Assembly: GCA_038245115.1 (NCBI GenBank)
Contig: JBBRSS010000002.1
Location: forward strand, 7,020 to 71,019
DNA from: Candidatus Saccharimonadia bacterium
GTDB taxonomy: Bacteria; Patescibacteriota; Saccharimonadia; UBA4664
Direction: 5' to 3'
Length of the DNA: 64,000 bases
In this document: piece by piece, positions 10,811 through 20,092 of the stretch
Layout: each line of letters starts with the position of its first letter
Numbering within the stretch: position 1 is the stretch's first letter
Translations under genes and position numbers: made by a program
Notes under the pieces: model-generated
Told to the model about the DNA's origin: nothing
Database searches by the model: none
The model's input: only the letters and a program-made list of their open reading frames with translations

Positions 10811-10919
10811 CCCACCCTCACCCAAATACCCTCTCAGGTTGAGTAAACTACTCTTCCTAGGAGGGTAGTTTACGTATATTTGATGGTTTTGGCGGCCGCA
10901 GAGCTGTTACAGTACAATC

Positions 10920-11450
10920 ATGAAATCCCCATATTTTGCCATACCAGATCGCAACCCGCATTCCGTCAACGACGCCGTTGTGTACGATTCAAATCGCGGC
11001 CCTTGGCCTACCCGATCCGACGGTCTGTTGAGTGTAATGTTTGCTCTGGATCAAGATACTCTTACGCACATAATGCAGCCTGACCCGCACGAACTTAGCC
11101 TAGTCCCTAACCTCAGGCTAGGAGTTCGTATTTTTCATTTATCAAACTTGGCCCCAGGCCGCATTGGTGGCCAACACTTTCATCGGGTCAAAGAAGAAAT
11201 TATCGTGCTGACCGAAGGAAGTGTCGAGTATCTTCTCGAAGATGTTTACGGGGGGCAGCGCGTCGTATTAATGGACGGTTTAACGCGAGGGTTATATATC
11301 CCCTCATTTATCCGCCACACCTACACCGTTCGAGATTCAGCGAAACTACTCGGTGTATCCAATACCCTTTATGACCCCGAAGATAAATCAACCTACGACA
11401 CCTTTGGCGATGAAACCTTCCAGATGTTGCGACGCCATTACATCAAATGA
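10920..11450 (+). CDS. Cupin, WxcM/FdtA-like sugar isomerase family
   Basis: GGQHFHRVKEE..V..G.V...LED and GLYIP..IRH cupin motifs. Confidence 0.75.
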   Translation: MKSPYFAIPDRNPHSVNDAVVYDSNRGPWPTRSDGLLSVMFALDQDTLTHIMQPDPHELSLVPNLRLGVRIFHLSNLAPGRIGGQHFHRVKEEIIVLTEGSVEYLLEDVYGGQRVVLMDGLTRGLYIPSFIRHTYTVRDSAKLLGVSNTLYDPEDKSTYDTFGDETFQMLRRHYIK

Positions 11451-11713
11451 ACATAATTGCATCCAGCTAATTGCATTTTTGGCAGCCTGTCCAAGCTATG
11501 TCGCCCCATTTTATCTATCATCAGCCCGGAAATTGGAGGGGTTGATATGGGCAGAATGGTGAACATCAAGCCGCAAGCGATAGATAATGAATTCTAGCGC
11601 CGCGACCATAAAAGTTCTGATGTTTTTCGGCTTTCTTTAGCAAATCTAACAATGCCCGGACAAACAATGCGGGCTTACAATTTCATTGTGCAAGAGCTAA
11701 GAAAGGGACGACG

Positions 11714-13312
11714 ATGAACAGGTGGCGAGCCGTAATTATCCTCTCATGTGCCCAATTTGTAATGCTACTAGATAGTTCGGTTATGAATGTATCGATCTCG
11801 AATATTGTGGCCGATCTCGGTACGACTGTCGCCGGTATCCAGCTAGCAATTACGTTATATACGCTCGTAATGGCTGCGCTTATGCTCACGGGCGGTAAAC
11901 TCGGTGATATCTGGGGGCGAAGGAAAACCTTTAAATATGGCCTGGTCATATACGGCATCGGATCATTAATTACCGCGTTTTCGCTTAACTTGCCGATGCT
12001 CTTGGTTGGCTGGTCAATTATTGAAGGCCTCGGAGCAGTATTGGTAATACCCGCCATTGCAGCCTTGATTGCGGCCAACTATAAAGGCAAAGACCGAGCT
12101 GTTGTCTATGGAATCCTTGGTGCCGTGTCGGGAGCAGCCGTTGCGCTAGGTCCGCTTATTGGTGGAGCAGTCACAACTTATGCCTCGTGGCGTTACGTTT
12201 TTGCCGCCGAAACCGTTGCAGTACTAGCAATATTCTTCTTCTTTGCCAATAAAATTACCGACATCGTAACTGCCAAAAACACCAAGCTCGATATGCCTAG
12301 TGTCGGCCTGTCGGCGCTAGGTCTATTTCTTGTAGTCTTGGCCATCTTACAGTCCAAAGTCTGGGGATGGGTCAAGCCGATGTCTGCGCCGGAAATTAAC
12401 GGCCAAGCCATCACCCCGTTTGGGTTTTCGATAGTTCCCTTCATGATTGCCCTGGGAGTACTCGTACTATGGTACTTTATTGGGCGGCAGCAAAAGCTCA
12501 AAAGCGTACATAAAGACCCCTTGCTAGATCCTGATTCTCTCAAAATTCCTCACATGCAATCTGGTTTATCAAACATTACTATTCAATACCTACTAACAGC
12601 AGGGCTGTTCTTTGTTCTGCCAATATATCTTCAGATGGTCCTAGGTCTGGATGCGCTCCAGACTGGGCTAAAAATTCTACCGCTATCTCTAGCGCTAGTG
12701 CTATTTTCGATTGTCGGATCACGAATGGTTAGCAGATTTCCGCCCAAGAAAATTATCGTCTGGGGCAAGTTCCTCATTGCCGCCGGGATGTTTATTATTC
12801 TCATTGCAATTGATCCTCAGCTCAGTAACTTCATGTTCATTATCGGCATGCTAACGGTTGGCGCCGGCGTTGGCTTAATGGCCTCGCAAATCGGAAATGT
12901 CATATTGTCGTCGGTCGACGATACCAGATCATCCGAAGCTGGCGGCCTCCAAGGAACTTTCCAGAATCTCGGGATGTCGGTTGGTACCGCACTCATAGGA
13001 TCCGTGTTAATTGCCTCGCTAACGACCAGCTTTGTAAATGCAGCATCTGGTCCATCGAGTACTTTGCCGGCTAGCGTGCAATCCTACATCACCGATAATT
13101 CGCAGGCGGGGATTGCCGTTGTTACCAACAAACAAGTCTACGATTATTCAATATCAAAGGGCTTAACCGCGTCGGAATCCAGCAGCATCTCCGACTATTA
13201 CCTTGATGCTCAAATGTCTTCTCTAAAAACTTCGATGTTAGCCCTAACTTTCCTCGCGCTTTTAGGATTGATGTTCTCAAAGCAACTACCAAATGAGCTA
13301 ATCAAGAATTAA
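11714..13312 (+). CDS. MFS transporter, DHA2 family
   Basis: D.S.MNV, GKLGDIWGRRK, GPLIGG, SWRYVF; many TM helices. Confidence 0.92.
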   Translation: MNRWRAVIILSCAQFVMLLDSSVMNVSISNIVADLGTTVAGIQLAITLYTLVMAALMLTGGKLGDIWGRRKTFKYGLVIYGIGSLITAFSLNLPMLLVGWSIIEGLGAVLVIPAIAALIAANYKGKDRAVVYGILGAVSGAAVALGPLIGGAVTTYASWRYVFAAETVAVLAIFFFFANKITDIVTAKNTKLDMPSVGLSALGLFLVVLAILQSKVWGWVKPMSAPEINGQAITPFGFSIVPFMIALGVLVLWYFIGRQQKLKSVHKDPLLDPDSLKIPHMQSGLSNITIQYLLTAGLFFVLPIYLQMVLGLDALQTGLKILPLSLALVLFSIVGSRMVSRFPPKKIIVWGKFLIAAGMFIILIAIDPQLSNFMFIIGMLTVGAGVGLMASQIGNVILSSVDDTRSSEAGGLQGTFQNLGMSVGTALIGSVLIASLTTSFVNAASGPSSTLPASVQSYITDNSQAGIAVVTNKQVYDYSISKGLTASESSSISDYYLDAQMSSLKTSMLALTFLALLGLMFSKQLPNELIKN

Positions 13313-13511
13313 TTATTCAGTCGAAATTGAATAGTTCACGCCCGAATAGGCACTAAATTATTGTGACGACCATCAAAGAGGTTTGCATGATGTCAACTTT
13401 GAAAATATTTCTTGCCAAATTTCGATTAAATAAGAAAATTGCACGAATAATCCGACGAATCCTCTGCCAAAATGCTATAGTTTGTAAAACCTCTACTAGA
13501 AAGGGTGAATT

Positions 13512-14060
13512 GTGAAAATCAATGCTAAATCTGGCAGAATCCTAATATCCGGCCTGCTCGGCGTTATTGTTTTCGTAATTGGACTTGGCGGCTGGTTTGC
13601 CCTCAACAAATCTCATCCTGCCCCGACCCAAACCCCATCCTCAAACCAAACAGCCACGCCAATCCCCGGCCAAGTAAGCTTCAAGTTTACCGAGCTCGGC
13701 GTACAAATACCGGTACCAGATTCAATCAAGGACTTAACTTACTCCTTGAAATCTGGCAAAACGACCGAAGGCAAAACCATCCAATCCGTCAATCTATCTA
13801 CGCAGTCTCTGGCGCAATTAGACCCCAACTGCAGCAATGCCGGGCTCGGGACGCTTTCAAAAGTCGACGGTCAATATCCGCAAGATTCTAAAACCATCGC
13901 CAATGAAGCCGGCTTACTTTCGAAACAATTTCCAGCATTCTATATTAGCTACTCTATGCCACAGTCATATTGCTCGAAAAACCAAACTGCCATACTACTA
14001 TTTCGCGATCAATACACTGTGCTGGCTAACGCGCTTGATTCTATCCAACAAATCCAATAA
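13512..14060 (+). CDS. Membrane-anchored extracellular hypothetical protein
   Basis: N-terminal TM helix, PT-rich linker, F.ELGV.I motif, two Cys. Confidence 0.75.
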   Translation: MKINAKSGRILISGLLGVIVFVIGLGGWFALNKSHPAPTQTPSSNQTATPIPGQVSFKFTELGVQIPVPDSIKDLTYSLKSGKTTEGKTIQSVNLSTQSLAQLDPNCSNAGLGTLSKVDGQYPQDSKTIANEAGLLSKQFPAFYISYSMPQSYCSKNQTAILLFRDQYTVLANALDSIQQIQ

Positions 14061-14163
14061 CCAACTTTTCTTTAACATTTTGCCAAATGCCAAATATTGC
14101 GACAGCCAGGCGACAATATTGCAGGCCGGAATATCCACTAGTGACCATAAACAATGACATTGC

Positions 14164-15672
14164 TTGTCGGACATGGTAAGGTCGCCTTCGATCAAACAAT
14201 ATATGTACAAAATCCCCGCCACAATTCAGCCCACCAAGATCACCGCCTTAGACGAGATACTAAAGGGCGGTATACCATATGGCTCCCTAGTATTAACCAC
14301 TGGTCCCGCTGGTGGCGGCAAGACAACCTTGGCCCAACAGTGGCTCTTCGAAGGCGCCAGACACCTAGAAGAAGTTGGTCTCTACATTTCGTTCACCGAA
14401 GAAATCGATAAAGCCATTCGTAATATCGAACAATTTGAATTTTTTGATAAATCCTACATAAAAACTGGCAAGATCTGCTTTATAGATGGCCGCACGCTAC
14501 TAATGGGCATGCCCTTTAAGCAAAAACCATCGTTTGATCTCATCGAAATGGACCAGCTACTGACCGTCATTATGAATTTGGTCGATCAAACTCAGGCCAA
14601 ACGCGTAGTGATAGATTCTATTACGGCCTTAATCTATAAGCTCGAAGGCGTCGACGCCGTCCGGAGCTTCATTTTTCGCCTTGGCTACGCTCTTTCCCGG
14701 CCCGGCGCCACCGTAATGCTCATTGGCGAGGCCGACCTCAACGCCGGCTATCAGTCGCCAGTAGAAGAGTATATTTCCGACGCCATCATCTATGTGGATA
14801 GTGGGTCTGGGCGCAACCAACAAATGCGCAAGCTCGAAGTCAAAAAAATGCGCGGCGTAAACTATCGCTCCGGCCCGGCCTATTTCGAAATCACCAATAA
14901 AGGTATCACCCTATACCCCAAAATTCCCACCTATGGACTAACCGCTTTAACCGACTTCAAAACCCGCCGCAAAACTGGCATCAAAAAGCTCGACGAAATG
15001 ATGGGCGGCGGGATCCCTCAAGGTCACATCCTACTAGTCGCTGGCAACACCGGCTCCGGCCGAACAACACTCGGCATGCACTTTCTGGAAGCCGGTATCC
15101 TTCAGGGTGAAGCCGGATTATTTGTATCTATCGACGAATCTATGACCCAAATCATCAAAACTGCCAAAGAACACGACTGGGACTTCGACAGGCACCTCAA
15201 AGATAAAATGCTGATCAACGTTCCCAGCGACCAAATTGATATTTATCCCGACAAGCTGCTTTATCAAATTGTCCGCGCTGTCGAAGACAACAACATCAAG
15301 CGAGTCGTAATAGACTCAATTTCCTCTATGGAGTCAAGCGAGTTTGCACGAGATTACGTGCGTGACTTCCTGCTGCAGTTAACAGCCTTCTTTAAAAGCC
15401 GCGGCATCAACTGCTTGGCAACCTACCTGACCACCGAGATGTTCGGCGCGCCCAACAAACAGTTGATGGGCGGCACCGTATCATCGGAACTGCAACTCAG
15501 CTCAATTGTCGACGGCATTATCCTCACTCGTTACGTGGAGCGCGACCAAGAAGTTCGCAAACTGGTCAGTATTCTCAAAATGCGCGGCTCAAACCACGAT
15601 AAGGGGATATATGAGTTCAGCATTGGTAAGGCGGGACTGATTTTGGGTAACCAGTTTAAAGATGACTTATGA
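14164..15672 (+). CDS. Double-domain KaiC-like ATPase
   Basis: Two RecA domains: GPAGGGKT/FTEE/RVVIDS/KMRG and GNTGSGRT/IDES/RVVIDS/KMRGS.H. Confidence 0.9.
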   Translation: MSDMVRSPSIKQYMYKIPATIQPTKITALDEILKGGIPYGSLVLTTGPAGGGKTTLAQQWLFEGARHLEEVGLYISFTEEIDKAIRNIEQFEFFDKSYIKTGKICFIDGRTLLMGMPFKQKPSFDLIEMDQLLTVIMNLVDQTQAKRVVIDSITALIYKLEGVDAVRSFIFRLGYALSRPGATVMLIGEADLNAGYQSPVEEYISDAIIYVDSGSGRNQQMRKLEVKKMRGVNYRSGPAYFEITNKGITLYPKIPTYGLTALTDFKTRRKTGIKKLDEMMGGGIPQGHILLVAGNTGSGRTTLGMHFLEAGILQGEAGLFVSIDESMTQIIKTAKEHDWDFDRHLKDKMLINVPSDQIDIYPDKLLYQIVRAVEDNNIKRVVIDSISSMESSEFARDYVRDFLLQLTAFFKSRGINCLATYLTTEMFGAPNKQLMGGTVSSELQLSSIVDGIILTRYVERDQEVRKLVSILKMRGSNHDKGIYEFSIGKAGLILGNQFKDDL

Positions 15673-16016
15673 GCATAAACCAGCCTCCAGAGCCCCCGAA
15701 GCAAGAAGATGATCAACTCGCAGTGATCCGCCGTGAAATCAATATTCGCAGTTACGGCATTATCAAAGGGATCATGGGCGGCCGCATTGTTGATTCGTTA
15801 CCACTCAGACTAAGGTGCGAATGCACTATGCCTATCTGTGAAGAAAACATTGAGGTTAGCCTAGCTAAGCGTCGCGAGCTGCGGCGAAATTATCCACACG
15901 GATTTATTGTTGTACCACTACACGCCAAATCCGCCCAAGATACTACGTTGTGCAAGACAAATGAATTCAAGGTAATAGAAAAACTAAATTTTACCGATGC
16001 GGTCACCGATCTGTAA
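15669..16016 (+). CDS. Small Cys/His (putative metal-binding) hypothetical protein coupled to the KaiC-like gene
   Basis: ATGA overlap; RCECxxxxC...F.VVP.H motif. Confidence 0.75.
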   Translation: MSINQPPEPPKQEDDQLAVIRREINIRSYGIIKGIMGGRIVDSLPLRLRCECTMPICEENIEVSLAKRRELRRNYPHGFIVVPLHAKSAQDTTLCKTNEFKVIEKLNFTDAVTDL

Positions 16017-16097
16017 TCAATAATTGCATTTTCTCCACCGCCCCAGCCGAATAAACGGCCGAGGCGGTGGTGTTGTGACTACTCCGCGGGTATGTAC

Positions 16098-17099
16098 CTA
16101 GCAGGGCAGTCTGGACGGAAGCCGAACAGGGGTTACACCCGGGTAACGACGGCAAACCGTGCGATGCTGCACCGCCAATCCGTGTTGGGCTTGCCCCAGG
16201 AAAGTTGGGTTGAACCCATTCCAGCCCATGTGCATCAACACCGTGTCGCCTGCGCGCGCATACCTGAGTACGTAGGCGACAAGCTGAGCGGTTGTCTTGC
16301 CAAGATAGTCGCTAGTATCGACACTCGCGTCCCACTCCAGAATATGAGCTGCCGCGAATGCCCGCCGCGCGGTTGCGTTCATCTCCAGATAGGGCGGCCG
16401 GGCAAAGTTAGTTACTACGCCCGGAGCCCTAAGCTCGCGCAGAACCTGCGCATAAGTCAGCCGCGGGTAGTGAGGATGCGTGACCGAATGGTTGATCACG
16501 TACTGTCCGTGCGACCGGGCCAGAGCCGGCAAGTCGACGCCGTAGCGCGCCCTGAAACTGGTGATGCAGTTGCCCGTCGGCGCCAACACCATCCCGATGT
16601 TATGTGCTCTGGCGCTAACCAAAGCGCTCCTCAGGGACGTCAGCGACCTCGGGCAGTCGTCGTACGTGAAGATCACCCGGCTGGTGTAATTGGGCCCCTT
16701 GAGCCTGTTGTACCCGGAGGGGACAGGAGCGGCCGAGCCCCGAAGGCGCGACCATGTGAGGGCACCGATAATGCCATCGGCTACCAACACGCGAGACGCC
16801 TGGAAGCGCTTCGTCGCGGCCAGCGTGCCAGCTCCGTACTGGCCGTCTGCGCCAGCCGGACCAACACCAAAACCGTGAGCAATGAGCGCTCGTTGAGCCA
16901 CCGCCACGCAGCTACCCCTGTCACCGGGGCGAATCGTTGGCAACTTGGCCGTTGGCGTCGACACACTGCACGCCACGGTTGCCGCTTGGGCGGGAGTTGC
17001 TGCCAATGCTACTGGCGCGACCAGAGTTGCCGCAGTAGCAGATATCACCAACAAGCGTCGCATCATGATATTCATGAGCATCCTTCCGATCGTGGGCAA
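16098..17099 (-). CDS. Secreted peptidoglycan-binding domain + polysaccharide deacetylase (CE4/NodB)
   Basis: Signal peptide; DG.YG..T..A.K.FQ....L.ADGI.G..TW; TYDD, NHS..H, RPPY, LMH motifs. The true start may be slightly downstream. Confidence 0.88.
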   Translation of the reverse strand: MPTIGRMLMNIMMRRLLVISATAATLVAPVALAATPAQAATVACSVSTPTAKLPTIRPGDRGSCVAVAQRALIAHGFGVGPAGADGQYGAGTLAATKRFQASRVLVADGIIGALTWSRLRGSAAPVPSGYNRLKGPNYTSRVIFTYDDCPRSLTSLRSALVSARAHNIGMVLAPTGNCITSFRARYGVDLPALARSHGQYVINHSVTHPHYPRLTYAQVLRELRAPGVVTNFARPPYLEMNATARRAFAAAHILEWDASVDTSDYLGKTTAQLVAYVLRYARAGDTVLMHMGWNGFNPTFLGQAQHGLAVQHRTVCRRYPGVTPVRLPSRLPC

Positions 17100-17265
17100 T
17101 TGTCTCTATACAAAAAACAATCGCCCGAAATATTGGACCACTCAAGTTTGTACCCTAGAAACAGCCGATTCATTGTAAGAACTTTCAAATATGACCGGAC
17201 TCAAAATAAAATGCTTTACATTGGCCTTTGAATATATATACTGCTATTACGTTAACAACTTGAGC

Positions 17266-17352
17266 CCCTCGTACTTGGAAGCCGGTGAGATACCGGCGCT
17301 GTGCCGCAACTGTAATGTTACCATTGAGTAATAAGCCAGGTCGTCGTACGAG
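17266..17352 (+). ncRNA. Cobalamin riboswitch (compact type)
   Basis: GGAA-GCCGGTGAGATACCGGC-GCTGTGCCGCAACTGT...AAGCCAG core; closing stem CTCGTAC(17268-74)/GTACGAG(17346-52). Confidence 0.9.
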
Positions 17353-17382
17353 ATTAATCCCGAGCAGGAGTAATATTTACTT

Positions 17383-17407
17383 AATCGTCACCGGGTGACG
17401 ATTTTTT
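17383..17407 (+). terminator. Intrinsic terminator, expression platform of the B12 riboswitch
   Basis: AATCGTCAC-CGG-GTGACGATT followed by a T tract. Confidence 0.8.
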
Positions 17408-17440
17408 ATCTTCAATCCTCGCTTGACCAGTGAGGATTTA

Positions 17441-18073
17441 TTGTTTAAAAGATTTGCCACATTTGTGAAGCAGCAAGTACGCCCATTCGGGATACTTGGT
17501 CTTGGGCTAATCCTGATCGGCACGATAAGTGCCCTTGGCGGAGTCTGGCAATATCGGACCAACCTTGCCCAGGTTTCAACCTCGTCCAGTCCAAAAGTCG
17601 CTGGCACGCCCACAAAATCATTCGGCCCCGCCCCCTCCGGCACCCCAGCGCCAAATCAGCCCCCACCCAGCGTAAACCTCGCCAACTCAAATATAAAAAC
17701 TTCAACCTCTAGCTCCAGTTCGATCGTGGCATCATCAACCCCGGCGCAAAGCGCCCCGCCCGCCCAAGCCCCAGTTATGGTTACCGTATCACTGCGCATC
17801 AACGGCACCAACAAAGGCAACGTAATACTACCCAGCACCAGCAAACAATGTGAAGTATTAACTCGGGCGCTTAATGACGGACTCATCAGCAGCCTTTTCA
17901 TGCCATATGACGCGGCGCAACACACCTATGGCGTCTACCAGATTAACGGCCTTGGCGACCCTACCATTGTGTGGTGGACATATACCGTCAACGGCAGCCC
18001 TCCGCCATTAGGGTGTAGTTATTTAACGGTTCACAACGGCGATTCAGTTAATTGGCAATATATAAAATCCTAA
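17441..18073 (+). CDS. Membrane-anchored DUF4430 (transcobalamin C-terminal/beta-domain-like) protein
   Basis: TM helix, P/S/T linker, YG.Y.ING......WW.YTVNG..P..G.....VHNGD.V.W.Y; GAGGA RBS before TTG. Confidence 0.85.
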   Translation: MFKRFATFVKQQVRPFGILGLGLILIGTISALGGVWQYRTNLAQVSTSSSPKVAGTPTKSFGPAPSGTPAPNQPPPSVNLANSNIKTSTSSSSSIVASSTPAQSAPPAQAPVMVTVSLRINGTNKGNVILPSTSKQCEVLTRALNDGLISSLFMPYDAAQHTYGVYQINGLGDPTIVWWTYTVNGSPPPLGCSYLTVHNGDSVNWQYIKS

Positions 18074-18084
18074 GGAGTATTCGG

Positions 18085-19404
18085 ATGTCTCGGTTTTCAG
18101 TTAAGCAAGCAATCTCAAGCACATTAGTCTCAGTTCTAATCCTGGCGCCCATACCGTCAATGGTATCGGCCGCCGCCAACACCGACCCGGCCACCGCCGC
18201 ACTCGCGGGCACCAAATATCTGGCCGCTAACCAAACCAGTACCGGCTCCATTGGCAGTAATCCGGGTGATACCGACTGGTCAATCATTGCCATCCAAGCA
18301 GCCGGCCAAAACGCCGCAACCTTCAAGACTGGCAGCGGCGCCTCAGCCTTAGACTTTATGGCCGCCGATACCCTCCCGTCCACCGCACCCGCCACATCGG
18401 TGGAACGCCGCATTCTGGCCATTGCTGCAGCCGGCCAAGACACCACCCAGTTCGGCGGGGTCGACTACAATACCCGCCTCAGAAGCCTCTACACTGCTAA
18501 TCAAATCGGCAGTGCGACTCTACTCAACGACGACATCTTTGGCCTCATTGCGATAAACGCTACGCACGATAGCACACTCAAGGTTATGGCTCAGGACAGC
18601 CTGAACTTCCTACTCGCACATCAGCAAGCCGACGGGGGATTTAGCTATACCGCCGACACCTGCGCCCTATACTGTGGCAGCGACAGTAATGATACTGCAG
18701 CGGCCATTATCGCCCTTGGTGCCGCCCAAGATATGTCGCTCACCAATGCCGGTCTGGCCACCGCCCAAACCAAAGCTCTGGCCTACCTACTAAGCACCCA
18801 GCAAACCGATGGAGGGTTTGGCTACGACGCCCTTAGCTCATCCGACGGCAGCTCAACTTCCTGGGGCTTAATGGCGCTCAATCTAGTCGGACCCACCGCC
18901 CAGGCCCAAGCCGGCTCTGCCCGCACTTGGCTGCTCAAAGACCAAAACACCGATGGAGGGTTCAGCTACGCCGCCTATGGCATGACCGCCAGTGACGCTT
19001 CAACTACCGCACCATCCGTTCTGGCTTTGCTAGGCACTACCTGGCTATTAACTCCCGCACCGCTTAAACCCGCGCCTACCCCAACAGCAACGCCAGCACC
19101 CACACCTTCGGCCGCTGTCACTCCAGCCACAACCCTAAACTCAGCAGCCTCGTCCCGGTCAGCGGCTGTAACAAAAGTTGCGACATCTGGCATTCAGCCC
19201 CAGGCGGACTTAATCGCCGCAGCCGCCATCCCAACCGCAGCCCCCACCGGATCGGTCCAGGGAGCCTCGCAAACCAAACCGACCCAGGTCCAAGACACAG
19301 CCGCGGACTCAACCCCCAATTTACCCCTCTATGGAGCCATCTCTCTGCTAGCTATAGCCGCAATCTGGTACGTGATACAATCAATCCTAAGAAAGAAGGT
19401 TTAA
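18085..19404 (+). CDS. Secreted prenyltransferase/squalene-cyclase-repeat (alpha/alpha barrel) protein with C-terminal TM anchor
   Basis: Repeats FLL.HQQ.DGGFSY..S....T, YLL.TQQ.DGGFGY, WLL..QN.DGGFSY; NDDIFG; PT linker; TM helix + RKK tail. Confidence 0.85.
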   Translation: MSRFSVKQAISSTLVSVLILAPIPSMVSAAANTDPATAALAGTKYLAANQTSTGSIGSNPGDTDWSIIAIQAAGQNAATFKTGSGASALDFMAADTLPSTAPATSVERRILAIAAAGQDTTQFGGVDYNTRLRSLYTANQIGSATLLNDDIFGLIAINATHDSTLKVMAQDSLNFLLAHQQADGGFSYTADTCALYCGSDSNDTAAAIIALGAAQDMSLTNAGLATAQTKALAYLLSTQQTDGGFGYDALSSSDGSSTSWGLMALNLVGPTAQAQAGSARTWLLKDQNTDGGFSYAAYGMTASDASTTAPSVLALLGTTWLLTPAPLKPAPTPTATPAPTPSAAVTPATTLNSAASSRSAAVTKVATSGIQPQADLIAAAAIPTAAPTGSVQGASQTKPTQVQDTAADSTPNLPLYGAISLLAIAAIWYVIQSILRKKV

Positions 19405-19405
19405 T

Positions 19406-20014
19406 ATGTCGGTTACTCGCAAACAAAGCGCCATTATGGTTGGTACAGTAATAATCAGCGCCATCATCATGCGTCTCGTCCCTCATATTCCCAACTTTGC
19501 TCCAATAACCGCGGCCGCTCTATTTGCCGCTGCTTATTTGCCCAAAAAATACGCCCTACTTGTGCCGCTAGCTGCCATCGCGGTCAGCGATTATCTACTG
19601 CTGTATATCAGTCCGTTTAGTGCCCAGGTTTTCAACTTCAGCCGCATTCAGCCTTTAAGCGCCATCGTCAACGACACCACGCTCTGGGTCTGGGGTAGCT
19701 TCATGATCAGTGGCTTGCTCGGGTTAGTCTTACGCCGCCGCCGCAGCGCCATTCGGGTAGGCGCCATCACCATTGCAGCCTCCCTACAGTTCTTCGTTAT
19801 CACCAACTTTGGCGTCTGGGCCGCCGGTGCCTACGCCCGCGACCTGTCCGGCCTGGCGACTAGCTACATTGCCGGCCTGCCCTTCCTCCGCGCCACTTTA
19901 CTCGGCGATTTATTCTACGCCGCCAGTTTCTTCGGTATCTACGCCCTAGCTACTCACTCGGCCAAATCCGAAGCCAAAAAACCGAATAATCTGCCCTCTA
20001 CGGCCACACTTTAG
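19406..20014 (+). CDS. DUF6580-type membrane protein, putative solitary ECF S-component (B12 uptake)
   Basis: R..PH.PNF.PI.A.ALF, FF.ITNFGVW, Y.AGLPF, GDLFY; ~6 TM; last gene of the B12-riboswitch operon. Confidence 0.78.
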   Translation: MSVTRKQSAIMVGTVIISAIIMRLVPHIPNFAPITAAALFAAAYLPKKYALLVPLAAIAVSDYLLLYISPFSAQVFNFSRIQPLSAIVNDTTLWVWGSFMISGLLGLVLRRRRSAIRVGAITIAASLQFFVITNFGVWAAGAYARDLSGLATSYIAGLPFLRATLLGDLFYAASFFGIYALATHSAKSEAKKPNNLPSTATL

Positions 20015-20092
20015 CCAAATAACTGCCTCAGGGCTCGACAGCCTTGGTATAATAGACGTTGGTTATAATTAGCTATCGCTACGGAGGAAAGT

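Noticed and set aside
14164-15672. KaiABC circadian clock
   Set aside because: No kaiA or kaiB nearby, and the motifs deviate from clock KaiC.
16092-17231. 379-aa plus-strand ORF and other long shadow ORFs (e.g. 1533-2390, 34166-34885)
   Set aside because: Antisense or off-frame to well-supported genes, with low-complexity translations.
19321-19337. LPLYG as a sortase LPxTG signal
   Set aside because: Lacks the Thr and there is no sortase in the window; a plain TM anchor explains it.
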